64,000 nt of DNA, from contig OX597820.1 in the NCBI GenBank assembly GCA_951406725.2, positions 12,524,001 through 12,588,000 on the forward strand, in the 5' to 3' direction. Below the pieces are notes generated by a model. It worked only from the letters and a program-made list of their open reading frames with translations, had not been told where the DNA came from and ran no database searches. Below, one piece after another: positions 28,345 through 44,362 of this stretch. Position numbers and translations under genes: made by a program. The stretch's first letter is position 1. Every line of letters starts with the position of its first letter. The stretch is from Octopus vulgaris (taxonomy: Eukaryota).

Positions 28345-29849
28345 CATATGTATATATATATAAATATAAATATATATATATATGTATATATACATATATA
28401 TATGTATATATATGTATATATACATATATATATATTTATATATGTACGTATATATATACATACATATATAGTTATATATATATGTGCATATATATAACTA
28501 TATATGCATATGCGTGTCTGTGTGTACGTATGTCTTTAAATATGTTTTTATTTGTATATATATGCATATATATTACATATGCATATATATGTATGTATAT
28601 ATTTATATATATATTATAAATGCATATATATGTATACGTATATATTTATATATAAATATATATATAAATGTACTCATAATTATATATATATATATATATA
28701 TATTGGTATGTAAGATACATGACTCCTGCAACTAACCTTTTCTAAATATTCTAATTGTTAGTGAATATGCATAGATGTATATATGTATGTCATTATTATC
28801 AATATACATACATATATTAATATAATTATACGTATAAATATATCATATGCAAATACATATACATACGTACACACACTAACACATATTCGTTGGCGAATAC
28901 ATTCTTAGCTACCCGTGTATTTACTTATATATGCATTGATATCCATATGTACATATGTATATATATATATTTATGCGTATATATATGTTTATAGATATGT
29001 ATATATGTGCATATATTTGTTTGTATGTATATGTATGAGTCTATTTATGCCTGGTTCTTACAATCATTCGTACACACAAATATACATACACGAAAATGCA
29101 CACACACACTCACCCACACATCCACACACGCACACACACACACACACACTAAATGGGGAAAATGGAACACATGTAGCAGGCAACATGGAGTCTGGCTGAT
29201 TGGAAACACTCTTCCATCATAATAATCTTTCGCTGTGTATTCATTATCATTGAGCCTTTGCATAATATTTGTTCCCATCTTTCTCTAACTCTCCCTTATT
29301 ATGTCACTCTACCTAAATATATTACAATCTACTGCATCCACCTAATCTAAATATCAATTTTTTGTAGCAGATTCCATACCCAAGAAATAATGAATCATAT
29401 TAAAGAGAAATGTAAAGATGAACAAATGTAACATATTAGCATTTATAAACAATTTTCTCTTATGATTTTCTTTTACATACTAACTTCATATTTTGTTAAA
29501 TAATCCTCATATTATAAAAAGTGAATACAATTTTTTCATTACGTTGTTTATTGTTGCAGTACTGGTCTCTCTTCTCTCCTCAGTATTTATGCATTTTATA
29601 TGTAAATGCCTGAGTATAGACTCACACATACATTTTACTTAAATAGACATATTTATATACATATATGTGTGTGTGTGCGTGTATATATGCGAACAGAATG
29701 CTATATATAGATGTGAACTATATAGATACATTGACGTAGAAATCTACACGCAGACACACACACACATACATACACACATATATATATATATATATGTATA
29801 CGCATATACACACATAAATATTATATACTGACATAGATATATTTATACA

Positions 29850-29902
<53 letters not shown>

Positions 29903-31451
29903 CATATGTATCTATTATCTTTGTTTGCGTGCGCGCCTGTGTGTACGTACGTGAACTTGTGCCCAAACAGAAACATTACTTCGACGACATGTTCACCTTT
30001 AAGATAAGCAATTAAGTATAAAGTAAGCTATTCAATTAGTAATGTTTCCACACCGTAGAGTCGCGTGAAACGACGACCATCGGAGCTACTTTATATTTTT
30101 GCCCTTCCGAATTTATCTCTGTGGAATTGCTTATAATTGTCTAAGTGCAAAAATAATTACATTCAATTTTCAGAGAAAACACATTTTCTGCTTTCTGCTC
30201 AACATTGAATAGGATGACTATGAGTGAAATGATCTTCAAGATTTTATCAGAGTATGCATGTTTTATAGATATTCTGATAAGCTCTATGATATTATGGTAA
30301 GCTCTATGTGTCTATCACACTCAAAATAGTTCTAAAGGAACTTGTTCGCTATTTGCAGCAAATGTATTTAGGCAACCATCTGATTACTTGATAGCAATTA
30401 ACAATAGTCTGGGAACCTCTGTCACTTTGACAAGCTTTATTTTTCTCGCGATAGGTTAACTACAAAGAACCTTGTCGTAACGTGCTGTGATTGGATAAGA
30501 ACCGACCCAGTCCCCACCGTCAAGAATGTAGAATTCATACTGGAATAAATGTTGTAAATAACAACACCAGAATCATCTCTGAGAGACCGGGACCATGATT
30601 AGCGACATAGAAAAATTTGCATCTGTGTTTTTCGAATGCCATATAATGATAGTGATAAGAATGTTCAGGTAGAATTTTGTCAAATGACAAAATAGAACAG
30701 TGTGGAATGAATGAAATTTAATAAAAAAAAACAATTCTTGCACATTATTAATTAACGATGTGTCTTGAATCAAATGCATACATTTGTAGATGCGAATTTT
30801 CGTATACAAAAGCATGAATATTCTTGGGAGACAAGAGAGATCAATATATTTTATTACTTTTATTTATCTTTTGTTACATTCTATATTTTCATTTAAATGA
30901 TTTATTACTATTTTATAAGAAAAGACAACGATAGGATAACTTCGACAATCTGGCGTGCATTGTGTTGATTTTATGGTCGCTATAGATCATATAGTCTCTA
31001 TTCGGCCATGTATACGTAGACTATCAGATCGAAAATGTAACATGTACGATATCTGAGTTAGAGTGGCCTTGACAATTTTTGATGCTTCAGAAGTTGCGAA
31101 TGTGTTCGTTCACTTTGTATCTTCAAACCATATTTGTGATATAAAATTTAATTTTACGTATGAAGAAGTACATAAATGGAAACGTAGATTTCAGGAAGTC
31201 TATAGATTTCAGAAGTCTATATGATGACTTGTATATGTACATGTTTACGCACACACACGCACACACAAACACAAATGCACGCACGCAGATATACACACAT
31301 ATATTCAATGATATATACATGTTTTTACGTATATGTAAATCAGTACATATATATAAAAAATATATATGTATTATATATACATATATATAATATATATATA
31401 ATATATATACTGGATATACGTGTGACTATATATATGTACATATACATGTCT

Positions 31452-31498
<47 letters not shown>

Positions 31499-31526
31499 CA
31501 TATATATATATGTATGTATATGTATA

Positions 31527-31567
<41 letters not shown>

Positions 31568-32947
31568 ATATATATATATATGTATATATAAAAATACACG
31601 TTTATTTATGTATATGTATATATATATATATGTATAGGTATATATATATGCATGTATATATACCTATCTGTATGTGTGTACATGTGCTAGTGTGTGCGAA
31701 TGCGAATGCATCGGTGTATGTGTGTGCGCATGTGTATGTATCTGTGTGTGTTTTGTGTGTGCGTGTGTGTATGCGTGTGTGTATATGTGTATGAGGGTCT
31801 GTGTGCGCGCGTGCGTGCGTGCGTGTTTGTGTGTGTGTGTGCTAAATTTCATGACCCAATACTGTGATCATAAGCGTGCTGTGTAGCGTTCATTTAATTA
31901 AATGAAGCAATGATAAGTTACCGTTGAATCATACGCCCGGTATTTCTTTCGATTAATTTTTATTTCCAATTTTTTTAATACTTTGCTGTTAAACATAGGA
32001 ACTTTTTCTGTATTTTCTTTTTTAAATGTTCTGGGTTTGTTTTTACTTTAATAATAAGATAAAATAACAAATTCAATGATTTTTTTATCATTTTCTTTAT
32101 TAATTTCACTAACCTGACAAAGTGTTTTGTTATTTTTCTTTACCTGTTATTGTTATGCTATTGAAATTGTTGAATATATAATGTTAAATGCTAAGTCACT
32201 CAACTAAGAGCATATTTATTGGAATGTGTCAACAGTTCGGTGAACGAGAAAGTGTTTTAACTGTTGTGTTTATTACTGTTTTCCTATTCTGCGGAGATGA
32301 ATAAAGTCAGAAAAAAAAGAAGAAAAGTAGAATGGAAAGGAAAAGAAAATATCAGATTGAAAGTAAAATTTGCGGCAATGTAAGAAGGATAACATGGAAT
32401 TGTTTTCAAACTGTCAGAATAACGAAAGAATTAAATGAGAGATTTGTACAGGTTTAAGCAGCGTAATTCGACAATTATTGCAATAGTGTGGCAAATTTTA
32501 TTTACGTCAAATATACCTGCTACGTATTTGTGCCAAAAAAAAAATTATGATGAAAATTACAGGTGAATATATTCTAAAAAGCACGGTATTTTTCTTCTTT
32601 TTTTTTTCATATTTGTCGCCTCAAATATTGTGACTCTAGTTGTTGTTCTCGAATGCATATGTGATGATCACTCTTATGATGATCAACATCAGGATTGTGT
32701 TCATCATGACGATGATGAAGATAATGTGGACGATAACGATTTTGATGATGCAGATGCTGATGCAAATGAAGACGACAGTAGCGACGGCGACGATGATGAT
32801 GATGATGATAATGGTCATGATAAGGATGAAGCTTTGACATTTGCATAATGTTTGTATTGTAATGAAATGCATTTTAAAATTCATATTATTTTGTGATACT
32901 TAGAAACATACAACTATAGAAAACGTGGTAATCAACTAACCTCATAT

Positions 32948-33003
<56 letters not shown>

Positions 33004-33033
33004 ATATAAATTATATATATATATATATATATG

Positions 33034-33150
<117 letters not shown>

Positions 33151-33681
33151 AATACATAAGCATGAAGATGCAAATATACGCATATAAATTCACCGTCATA
33201 TATGTAGGAGTATTCGCAATACCCACGTGTGCATGGAAGTATGTATTTATGCTTAGATAGTTGGATAAATTTAAGCAAATGTAAGCATGTATATGCACAT
33301 AAGTCATAAATGTATTTTTGTCTAATTTTTTAAAGACAATGCAAGACGGTTGCCGCACTGATGTCGAGTTTTGTTTGTTGAGATTAACTCTACTTCTTAT
33401 AAGATGGTTCTAGTTACCAGAAGACAATTGTCTTTATTTCTCTGGAAGCAAAGACAATATCAACAGATCTAGAATTTCCTTCTTATCGTATTATCTATAA
33501 CTATTATTAAAACTTCATCATCGTGGTTCGAAAACATGGCACAAGTAACTCCGATTTATTTCTCATTTCTTTTCTCTAATAGCATTTTCGTATCATCAGT
33601 ACATACCGGCGTGTGTGTGTGTGTGTGTATATGTATGTATGTGTGTATATATATACATATACATATTGTATGTATTATGTG

Positions 33682-33723
<42 letters not shown>

Positions 33724-33744
33724 GTATGAATTATGTGTGTTTTT

Positions 33745-33779
<35 letters not shown>

Positions 33780-33827
33780 GTATGTATGCATACGCACATA
33801 TAAGTATGTGTGTATACACATGTATGC

Positions 33828-33873
<46 letters not shown>

Positions 33874-34887
33874 TCTGTAACACCGTTATTGTTGACAACT
33901 GTCAGAAGCTATGTTTTCATATCCCGAAGGGAAGCCATTTCTTCATAAACCAAAAATAACTGTTAATGTAGGCCCGGACACTCGTTTTACTTTTGTTCTC
34001 TTCTACAACAGAGTGGTTCAAACGCAATTGATTACCATTGACAAGACTAACAGATGTAGTTGTGGTGTTACCCCTCTCGGCCTCACTCTTTGTGAAAATA
34101 TGTGTGTTTGTGTGTGTGCGTGCGTCTGTGATATGTGTGCGTCTGTAAATACACGTGTGAGTATATATTTATACAAACACACCAACACACCAAGTATTGC
34201 TTAGCACTTTCTCCTACTTTCAAACTGCATTCATGATATATTCGGAAAATATATTTTATTATGTATATATAGATACGTACATACATATATACACCGAGCG
34301 TTGTGGATTTGTGAGTTGGGGCTTGGTTATTTGTGTGTACGCATGCGTGTGTTTCTGCATGTGTAATAGCGTTGAGAGTGTTTCACATGAGTTTTTACTT
34401 AACTTTATACAGAGAAATACCGATGCGTTCAAAAGTTTTTCTTCTGAAATATGAAAGTGGTCAGTGCGATGTCCTGACTTAATAATTGATACAATTAACA
34501 AATATTTGAATGAATCCATAGGTGTGTGTGTATGTATGTATCGTATTCAAATTTACATTTAAGAACTGACTTCTTTAAGAGCTAACATTTAAGATCTAAC
34601 TGTATAAACAAATATAAAAAAAAACTTTTTAAAACGAGAATCAATTTGTGACCCGTTAAATGAAAGTTGGATGAAGAAAGCAAACCAGATGAAGCAATAT
34701 GAAGAAACTGTTGAGTGTATCGTTTCTGCAAAGATATTAAAACCAAATTAATCTGAAGTGGAAACAATAGTATTGTAAAAATAAATATGTACATAAAACG
34801 TTTTACTAAAATTATACGTAACAATCTACCGAGTTGGGTATTGCTGACATCTGACACGTAACATACCCACGAATACTACTACTAATA

Positions 34888-34927
<40 letters not shown>

Positions 34928-35219
34928 TAATAATAATAATGATAATAATAATAATGATAATAATAATAATAATGATATTGATGATGATGATGATGATGAT
35001 GATGATTATAATTTATGATAATGATAATAATAATCACAAAAGAACAAGAATAATAATATCACGTATGTGATGTAATGTCGTACATATTCGTACAAGACGC
35101 ATTACAAACTAAGGTATACGACACAGTGTATATATATACTTACATATATACATGTGTGGGTGTATATATCTATATGTATGTGTGAGTGTATATATATATA
35201 TATATATATATGGTTGATA

Positions 35220-36500
35220 ACAAAAAGGGCATCCCACGTAGACATGGGTTTGGAGCCACGACGTTATTTGACTTGGATCATATCGTGACTCCGTGAACAT
35301 TCCACTCTTCATATTAGTAGTTGGCCGATCCTTAGATGCCCGGGAGTATGTTGCTGTTGAAATAGGCAATAATTCCTTTATATTCCATTGGTAGCTCGAC
35401 TAAACTTTTATAAAATTGCTAGATTGCTTTTACCAAGAGTCTATCTTTCGAGTGTTTCACAAAGAAAGACTACATGTCGGTCTCAGTTATAATATTTTCC
35501 CAATCACTGATCTCCAGTTTGTTCTGCAAACCAATCATGCCGTCGTTTGCAATTAGACCGTGAATCATCAGAACCAATCTGGAGTTGGGGGAAGATGATG
35601 TCTTTTCACCATTCGCTTTTATTCTGGAATCATTCATTTTTATATTTCTTATTGCCGTTACTGTCAATTTGTTAACCTATTTCTGTTTTGTAATTTGCTC
35701 TCAACGAGTAGTGTCAATTTTAATTAAATCTGCTCAACTCAAAGTAGCTAACGTTTCGATGCTGGCCCTATTCATCGGCCCCTAGGTACTTCCAGGCGTA
35801 CTACGGAAAGGTTGATGTTTGGGGCCTGCTATTTTTGATGCTCTCTCTGTTGTTGTCAGAAGCTATATTTCCTCCATTGTTTTTCTCCCCCTTTAGGCCA
35901 AAAAACATTCAAACAGCACAGCCTCCCACACATAATATCTGGGATTTCCACCATCCATTTAATTACAATCGTCTGTATATTAATAACGGAGAAAACACCG
36001 AAGACGCTCTGTGATTGTTGGTAGTCATCAGGATCTGTATATTTGTGCGATCTCCACTCCACCACACTTTCATATGTCAACTCAGTGCTCACCATTTGTC
36101 CGCAGTATGGTTAAAAGAAAGGACAAAAGCCTAAGAGGTAACGGCTGTATCAAAGTGCTTGACTATGACTCTCTTACGTGCTTCGCCTGCGCATATACAT
36201 TGCGGCACCTCCCTGTCTTCTCATCTCGTTTTCAATCTTAAATCAGGCACACACTGCTTCACATCTTGCATACATCTTCGCTGCATATATGGTATCAAAC
36301 ATCTGTTAGGATTTTCTCAACTGCTCCATCGGCGATATATGGGCAGCCTCTACATTTACTGTAAAGCAGAGCTATGATACTTTCTTCCTCCCCTTCCTCA
36401 ATGTAATCTTTAGACAGGAGGGAGTGTTTTATGGAGGACGTCTTCAACGTAGTTTTTCCAAAAGCTGATCCATGCCCACCTCTCCTCTCTAGTATGCATC
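35220..36500 (-). mobile_element. Decayed CR1-group LINE (APE endonuclease + linker)
   Basis: Minus strand RQGGAAMYMR (cf. R.GGGVA.Y.R), IYRS, PDIMCG (cf. I.GDFN) and LEISDWENII in the expected order, with frameshifts. Confidence 0.55.
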
Positions 36501-36967
36501 CACTTGCAAACGATGAGTTGCTACTTTTACATATATTTCACACAATTCTGTCAACGCGATTGTCTACGTCTACGCCTTTTCAAAACAATTGTCATAAAAA
36601 AAACCCATCATATCCGTTTTGTTTTAATATTTTCAAACATCTTTCAAATCTTTCGAGGGGCGTCTTCGTTGCTGTCACGCTTGTGTGTAACGCCAATTCC
36701 TGCTCACCCAAATGACACCATATTATAGGGTTTAAAAAAGCATAGAGTGTGTGCAAGGAAGTATTTTATTTTTTCCAGTTCGAGTAATAGTATGGATAAT
36801 GAAATGTTCTAAATTAATTTAACCGCAAAATGCATCAATAATACAGTTCTTTTATTAAACATCTTATATTCAAATCTTTTTGAAACCGGTTATAAACATT
36901 ATTTGTAATAACCTATTATATAATCAAATATCTTTAATACAATTCACACACATGCACATCAGCATAT

Positions 36968-37006
<39 letters not shown>

Positions 37007-37627
37007 ATACACATATACAGACGTACACACACATATATATATATATGTACTTGTACATATGTATTTATGTATGTGTGAAAATGTATGTATATGCACATGT
37101 ATATGTTAACATGTCTCTATCGTGTTATCTCTTGCATTGTTTATTGTAGTTACACACTATGCATTCATGTATATACATACATACAGAGACATGCGTACAT
37201 ACATAGTGCATACATACATAAATACATACATACGTACATACATACATACATGCATACATATATATCGTCGTTCCCGGTGGGTAGGAGTTCAAAAATTCTG
37301 TTGCCCTCTCATGCCAGCTGTTGTCTTGTACCTAAGAATAATCAGCTGAACTATTTGACGGCTTACGAAGCCTTTTATTGTTTCGTAACAAGATGTATGG
37401 TTCGAACTTAGAAGCGACAAGGAAAAAGGAGATATGACAGCGCAATTCTATCCGACCCGCTATCATTCCGTCAATTCGCCACTCTAGGCTGATAATTTGT
37501 CGATTTCGAAAATATGAAAGCTAACATAGTATAGATTAAAATTGCGTTCAAAGAGGACAGAGCTGATGCGAGGCACTCTATCCGAAACTCGTGTACATTT
37601 GTATCTATGCGCGTGAGTGCGTGTGTC

Positions 37628-37659
<32 letters not shown>

Positions 37660-37672
37660 CAAACACGCACTT

Positions 37673-37703
<31 letters not shown>

Positions 37704-37744
37704 CACAAACATGTATATATATATATATATACAAACACGCACTT

Positions 37745-37787
<43 letters not shown>

Positions 37788-37809
37788 AACATGTATATAT
37801 ATATATATT

Positions 37810-37962
37810 TCTCTCTCTGCTTATTTATGTGTTCCTTTCTGTTGAAGAGCGTAAGCTCGAACGTAAAAGACTTTCTTACTTCCTGAGCGTTAAACTAATA
37901 AATCTGTTTGTTGTTTACATACCCGTCTTCATATTTTTTTTTCGTAAATTCCAACTGTATCC

Positions 37963-37965
<3 letters not shown>
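37810..37965 (+). mobile_element. CUGUUGA hammerhead-like repeat, copy 2
   Basis: cttt-ctgttga-a-gagc-gtaa-gctc-ga-acgt-a-aaag at 37835-37869; lies between TA microsatellites. Confidence 0.65.
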
Positions 37966-38036
<71 letters not shown>

Positions 38037-38411
38037 ACACACCTAAATCACATTTCTTCATATATATGTGTATGTATACATGCATGTGTCTGTGTGTTTT
38101 GTTTAATTTCATATATTAGTTTTTTGCTATTTTCCTTAACTACTTTTCGTTATCATTGCTCATTGTCTATATATATGTGAGTGTGTGTGTACGTGTGCAT
38201 TGTGTATCCATTATGTGCGTGCATGTGTAAGAGCGCATGTTTTTACTTAACGAGTCTAGAAGGATTTTTGCTCATGACTTAATCGGAAGTCCGACACCGA
38301 TAAATTGATGGTATTATTCTAGACTATATTTGCTTGAAGATACACACATACATACACTTGCATATATACACATTCACCTCTCTATCTCTCTCTCTTTTTA
38401 TATATATATAC

Positions 38412-38457
<46 letters not shown>

Positions 38458-39219
38458 TTATATATATATATATACATATATATATATACATATATATATA
38501 TATATGTATGTATATATATATGATTTAATGTGTGCAGCCAATATCGCTGAATATGGAAATGTTATGCCAGCTTCAAAGCTCATTAGCTTGAAATATAAGT
38601 AAAATATAATAATGAATATAGATATCACTATTTCACGTTAATTCCCAGCAACGTTCAGCACAAAATGAAAATATATATATATGGTGTCACCTACGATTTT
38701 TTGAAAATATATTTATATGAAAGTTAGTTGTATTTGTTGAGTGGATGTGGAACCGATTGACTTATTGCTGTGATGTACGTTGGTACGGAGTGTATTGTTA
38801 CATTTTAGATTCTATATGTTTAGCGGTATACGAAAAGTTATGACTATACAAAGAGCATTCGTGACTTTTGATTATTATTTTTAAAGTGTAATTGTAAGTA
38901 TTGTTGTACAGTTAGTTAGTCTCGGTTAAAACTTAAGAACTATCATTTTCTGTTGGAAAGGAAACAGAAATCATGTTCATTATTAATAATATCTGGGACA
39001 AATATGTGGTATATTTGCCTCTAGAATTACTAAGCTGCAAAACTCCGTTGAAGATGAACACCCCCACTCACATCATGGGAAGAGTATTGTGGAAGGTATT
39101 TAGTAATTTTTATTCGGCCTTTGAAGAAAATGACCAATAAAATCTTAGTTTAAGATCTTACTTTAAAATAATTAGCATCATTTATAGAAATCCTCCGATT
39201 ACGAGAAATACGAGGAATA

Positions 39220-39285
<66 letters not shown>

Positions 39286-39673
39286 GAATATGCGTTGTAT
39301 TATTATTATATAACTGTTCAATATTCGGTAGTTTGACGCAAATTTCTACTGCATCACCTGCAACATCTTTTTGCAGCATTTTGTGTTCTTTTCTGCGGTT
39401 AGGAGCATGAAAACTCTTCCCAGTAACGTGTTGTGTTAGTCTTTTTCTTCTCTTGAGGTGTGGTGCAGTCTTTTGTTGTATTACTGCTTGTATTGTGTAC
39501 TGAGTATGTAATGCTTGGATTTGCAAGCTTCCCGGTGGAAGTTTATTTCACTGGATAAATGCTGTATAGTGTCTTCCGTTTGTGGGTTGTTATTATTATT
39601 ATTATTATTATTATTAATATTATTATTATTATTATTATTATTATTACTACTACTATTACTGTTATTATTAATA

Positions 39674-39730
<57 letters not shown>

Positions 39731-39731
<1 letters not shown>

Positions 39732-39937
39732 CTTTCCTACTAAAGGAACAGGGCCTGAAAATTTGGGGGACGAAACTAGGCGATCACGTCAACCCCAGTG
39801 CTCGACTGGTATTTTATATATCGGCCCCGAAATGATGAAAGGCTAAGTTGACCTCGGCAGAATTTGAACTCGGAACGTAGAAGCAGACGAAATACCGGTA
39901 ACCATTTCGCCCGGTGTGCTACCGCTTCTGCGAGCTT
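39731..39937 (-). mobile_element. SINE family A
   Basis: Reverse complement of the family A core (gatgaaaggctaagttgacctcggcagaatttgaactc); inserted in (AAT)n. Confidence 0.88.
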
Positions 39938-40150
39938 ACTAATAATAATAATGATATCTATGATGTCAAAATGTAGTAAGAATTTATTATAATGTGATAT
40001 ATGAATGTGTTTTTCTGTTTGTGTCCCTCTCTCCATATATATATGTGTGTGCATGTGTATTTATATAAAGAGAAATACAGAGATGTACACACACACACCC
40101 ATACGCACGCACGTTCGCACATACACAACCACATATACATATATAAATAC

Positions 40151-40192
<42 letters not shown>

Positions 40193-40223
40193 TTATACAT
40201 ACATACATACATACATACATACA

Positions 40224-40257
<34 letters not shown>

Positions 40258-43200
40258 CATACATACATACATGTTTCTATATGTAGTTGTCAGTGTTGAT
40301 ACATTTCCAATATTTTATACTGTACTTGATAACTTTGGATGCGGAATACTATAAATATACCGTTATTATAGGACTTTGTAGAGAGCTTTGAAGGTAGACT
40401 TGATCTCAGAATAATACTGTTTCAAAGAAGGAACAAAGATAAGTCAGGATTCCGTTTAGGTACATTAATATATCTATATGATATTTTATTTTTATTGATA
40501 CTCGTTTTCTAAGTTATGCTTGTCTTTATATTTACTTCGTGGTATCATCCACAGTAAACTTACTTCTTCAATACTTCCATATTTTCAGTAACCAAATGCA
40601 TCTCTCTTGCCACATATTCTCTGCCCACTTTAGAATGATAGTTTTATTTGGAAATATACTTGCTTTACTACTTATTAAACACAGATTTTTGTTTGTAAAT
40701 TCCCCGCAAATGTCTTTATATCTCTCGCACAAAATGCATCATATTACGTTCCTTGAAACTATGAATGAGGCATTTTCCACGTGTTAATATGTGAACTCTG
40801 GAATAAGAATCTTCTCAGCTGATTTCGATAAATATGTTCGTTTACGGATCATAAATTTGAAATCAGGATATATAAGTTGTGTAAATGAAAGGAGTTGTGA
40901 TATACGCAGCACTCCAGAATGGAAAAATTCCATTTGTAAATGTTTTCATTTATAAAATTTTGATGTTTTTATAATCACAAAAGTAAATGCACAAATACAC
41001 AGATACACACAGAGGCAACCACTACCACACACACACACATCTACACAAACACACACACATATCAACAGAAAAAGACACATGGCACGAAAATACACGGTTT
41101 AATTCATTCCATAAAACAGGAACGGACTATGCTAAATCATATTATTATTGATACTGTGATAGTTATGATTTAATTGATACATTGATATGATATAATATAA
41201 TGAACTTAATATTCTGATATTAACTTCATGGGGTATATAATCAGCGATAAACAAAACGATATGCTTTCACAATAGTGTTAGAAAGAAAACTATATGAAAT
41301 ATGCAGATGTTTGCGTTTGTATCTATTGATTTGTTGGAATATAATGTGCTGTTGTCATAAAAAGAGACAGCAATAACTAAAGGTTTGATGGTGATTGTAC
41401 AAACATTGATTGCATTAAATAAGCAGTGAAAGTAACAAAAAGCAAAACCAGTTTTCGTTAAAGCGGTATTTTTATTTTTTAACTCGAACGACGATACAGA
41501 AAAATGTCTAGGATAATGATGATGCAGATGATAATGAGGTTTGCAATGACGATGAATGTGATAATTTAGAAGATGATGACAACGAGCATAATCTTGATGA
41601 TGATGGTAATGATGGCAATGGTGATGATGATGATGAGGAGGAGGATAAGAAGGACGAATGGGGAAATATTGATGATTATGGTGATATCGATGATGAGAAC
41701 GATGAGGATGATCATAATGTTATATTGTGTATTTGTTCGAAGGAAGCTCAATGACCGGTGATTAGCCCCAGCCCACTTTTGGTCTTGAAGCAGACAATAT
41801 CAACACAAACACCAAATATTATACACACTGGCACATGAATTCATGAAAGAAACAAATATTACCTGAAATCTTGCATACTTACATCTGAAAAGTATATTTC
41901 TTGTAAGGTACAACTAAGGGGTATATGTTTTTAGTGTGTGATAGTAAATTCATAATACATCAAGTCAATAGTATAACCACGGGAACTAATTTTTTACTAA
42001 ACCCTGTAATCAAATACGGTAGGTTTCCTGATATAGCATTGCACAACCAAACAGCCAAATGTACCATGTTAGAGGACTAGAGAGATGGTATAATAATAGG
42101 AAGGAGACACGAATAAGGGCCAATGAGTGAGCGACATTCCACCAGCGCACATCCAATGTTGGTTAAGTTCATATTAAGTCCATATTTGTTAAAAATTCAT
42201 CAGCTGAAACCGATTATCTTCATATTTTTACTCTTATATGATCATTATATCCGATTTTTTGGGAGCATATGAAATTCTTAGCAGCGTCTCGTGTCTCGGA
42301 TTTCGCTTCGCCGCCATGTTGCGATCCGATTGACCTTTGTTTCATCTTTTAAGATCAAGCCACCCCGCAAGCCATTTGTTATTTCTTCAGTTTAGGCAGC
42401 CGCAATTCTTCAGCGAATAGACTACATGCTCGCTTCTCCGAGGCAAGCATTCCGTAGGCTCAGTAGTCCGGTACAGTTACAGCTTGGTGGGAACTTCCAG
42501 GGCATACGCCCCGCTCCCATAGCTACCGAAAAGTCACTGCCACTGTTGCACCACTATGAGGTACTGAAGTAGGACTTCGCAACGGTCAAGCAATTTGGAT
42601 CAAGATGCAAAAGAATGCACAATCAAGACAGAACTGGAAACGATTCTGATGGGTATTGATATAGAACCACTCTAGATTATAGAAATTGACACTTTCCCAT
42701 GATAACATATATTTGTATTGAAACCAAGATTACGTCGTTACAAAGCACATTCTTAACGATTTGGCCTGACTGCACGTATGAGCTATAACTTTAACTTGTC
42801 TCACAGAATATTTTAGATGTCCAAGTCGAATCCAGTGCATTTATAGAATTCTATGACATATGTTAAAACCATCTTTTTATGCATTATCAGTTAAGCATTG
42901 AGGCAAAATGTCCGTTATTTAAAATGTGAAGATATGATACCCTGAAGGCACCAAATTGCTAGTCTACGCTTCTGTAGTAATCTTTTACCAAGTTGCTTGC
43001 ATTAAAATTTTAAACCGATATATTTAACATTTAATATTTTTATATACATTATTATTTCTACATTGAAAAATTTAGACTGTTTGCTGAAAAATTTATGTTG
43101 ATTATTATTGTTTAAATATTCTAATAAGATGGAGCGAGGAGCATCGTAATTTTCATTTACTCTGCGCTTAGTATCTATTTATTAGCAGCAGGCTCTACAT

Positions 43201-43617
43201 TATTCATTGACGATATGAAAGGAATTGAAAAAGCTATATAATTTCATACCAGTCTATAAATTTATATCTATGATATTACAGCGACAAGGGTTCTAACCAA
43301 GTAAGTATAAACTGAAGCAATAGTTTAGTATTAGTAATTCATTCTTGATCATATTTTAATAAATTCATGATTAACGTAACTGGTTTATTCTTAAACTGCT
43401 CCGTTGTTTGTGATATAAGGTACAGTAATATGAATTTTTAGCTATCCAAGTTAATATTCATTTGATACGATCACACTGTCTACTTCACATATGCATGTAC
43501 AGGAATATATCCAGCACAAAAAGCACATCCACGCACATATACATGACTTTACATTTATGTTCCTCTAACAGGGTTTATATATATGTATATATATATATGT
43601 ATATATATATATGTATG

Positions 43618-43714
<97 letters not shown>

Positions 43715-43940
43715 TATATATATATATGTATATATGTATATATAAATATATATATATATATATAAATATATATACATATGGCATATGTATATATTAACGC
43801 ACAAATACATATGCATGCTACTGGTCACCCAGTACTACCGGAACCTCAGCATGAATTGTGAAACTACATCCCTGTCTATTGCTGCAATGCGATAAAATTG
43901 TAAACCGTACATGACAGGTTGAGATTTTCTATCATTTTAA

Positions 43941-43985
<45 letters not shown>

Positions 43986-44138
43986 CATCATTATTTCAGT
44001 TGTTTTAAATAACGTGATTTTATTGTGCCACCCATAGTAACTCTGTCTAACTTTGTTACGTGCACTATAGTAATTCTTTCACACTTATTGGAAATAATCA
44101 TTTTAATGTATACAATATCTATCTTCAGTACAGTGCAT

Positions 44139-44362
<224 letters not shown>

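Noticed and set aside
32630-32848. Asp-rich ORF resembling an acidic biomineralisation protein (similar tract at 41510-41720)
   Set aside because: Degenerate (GAT)n tract like many others in the window; it is open in several frames and lacks convincing exon boundaries.
37563-37595. ctgatgcgagg...ccgaaactcgtgta hammerhead-like string
   Set aside because: The core is interrupted and helix I cannot form; at best a dead remnant.
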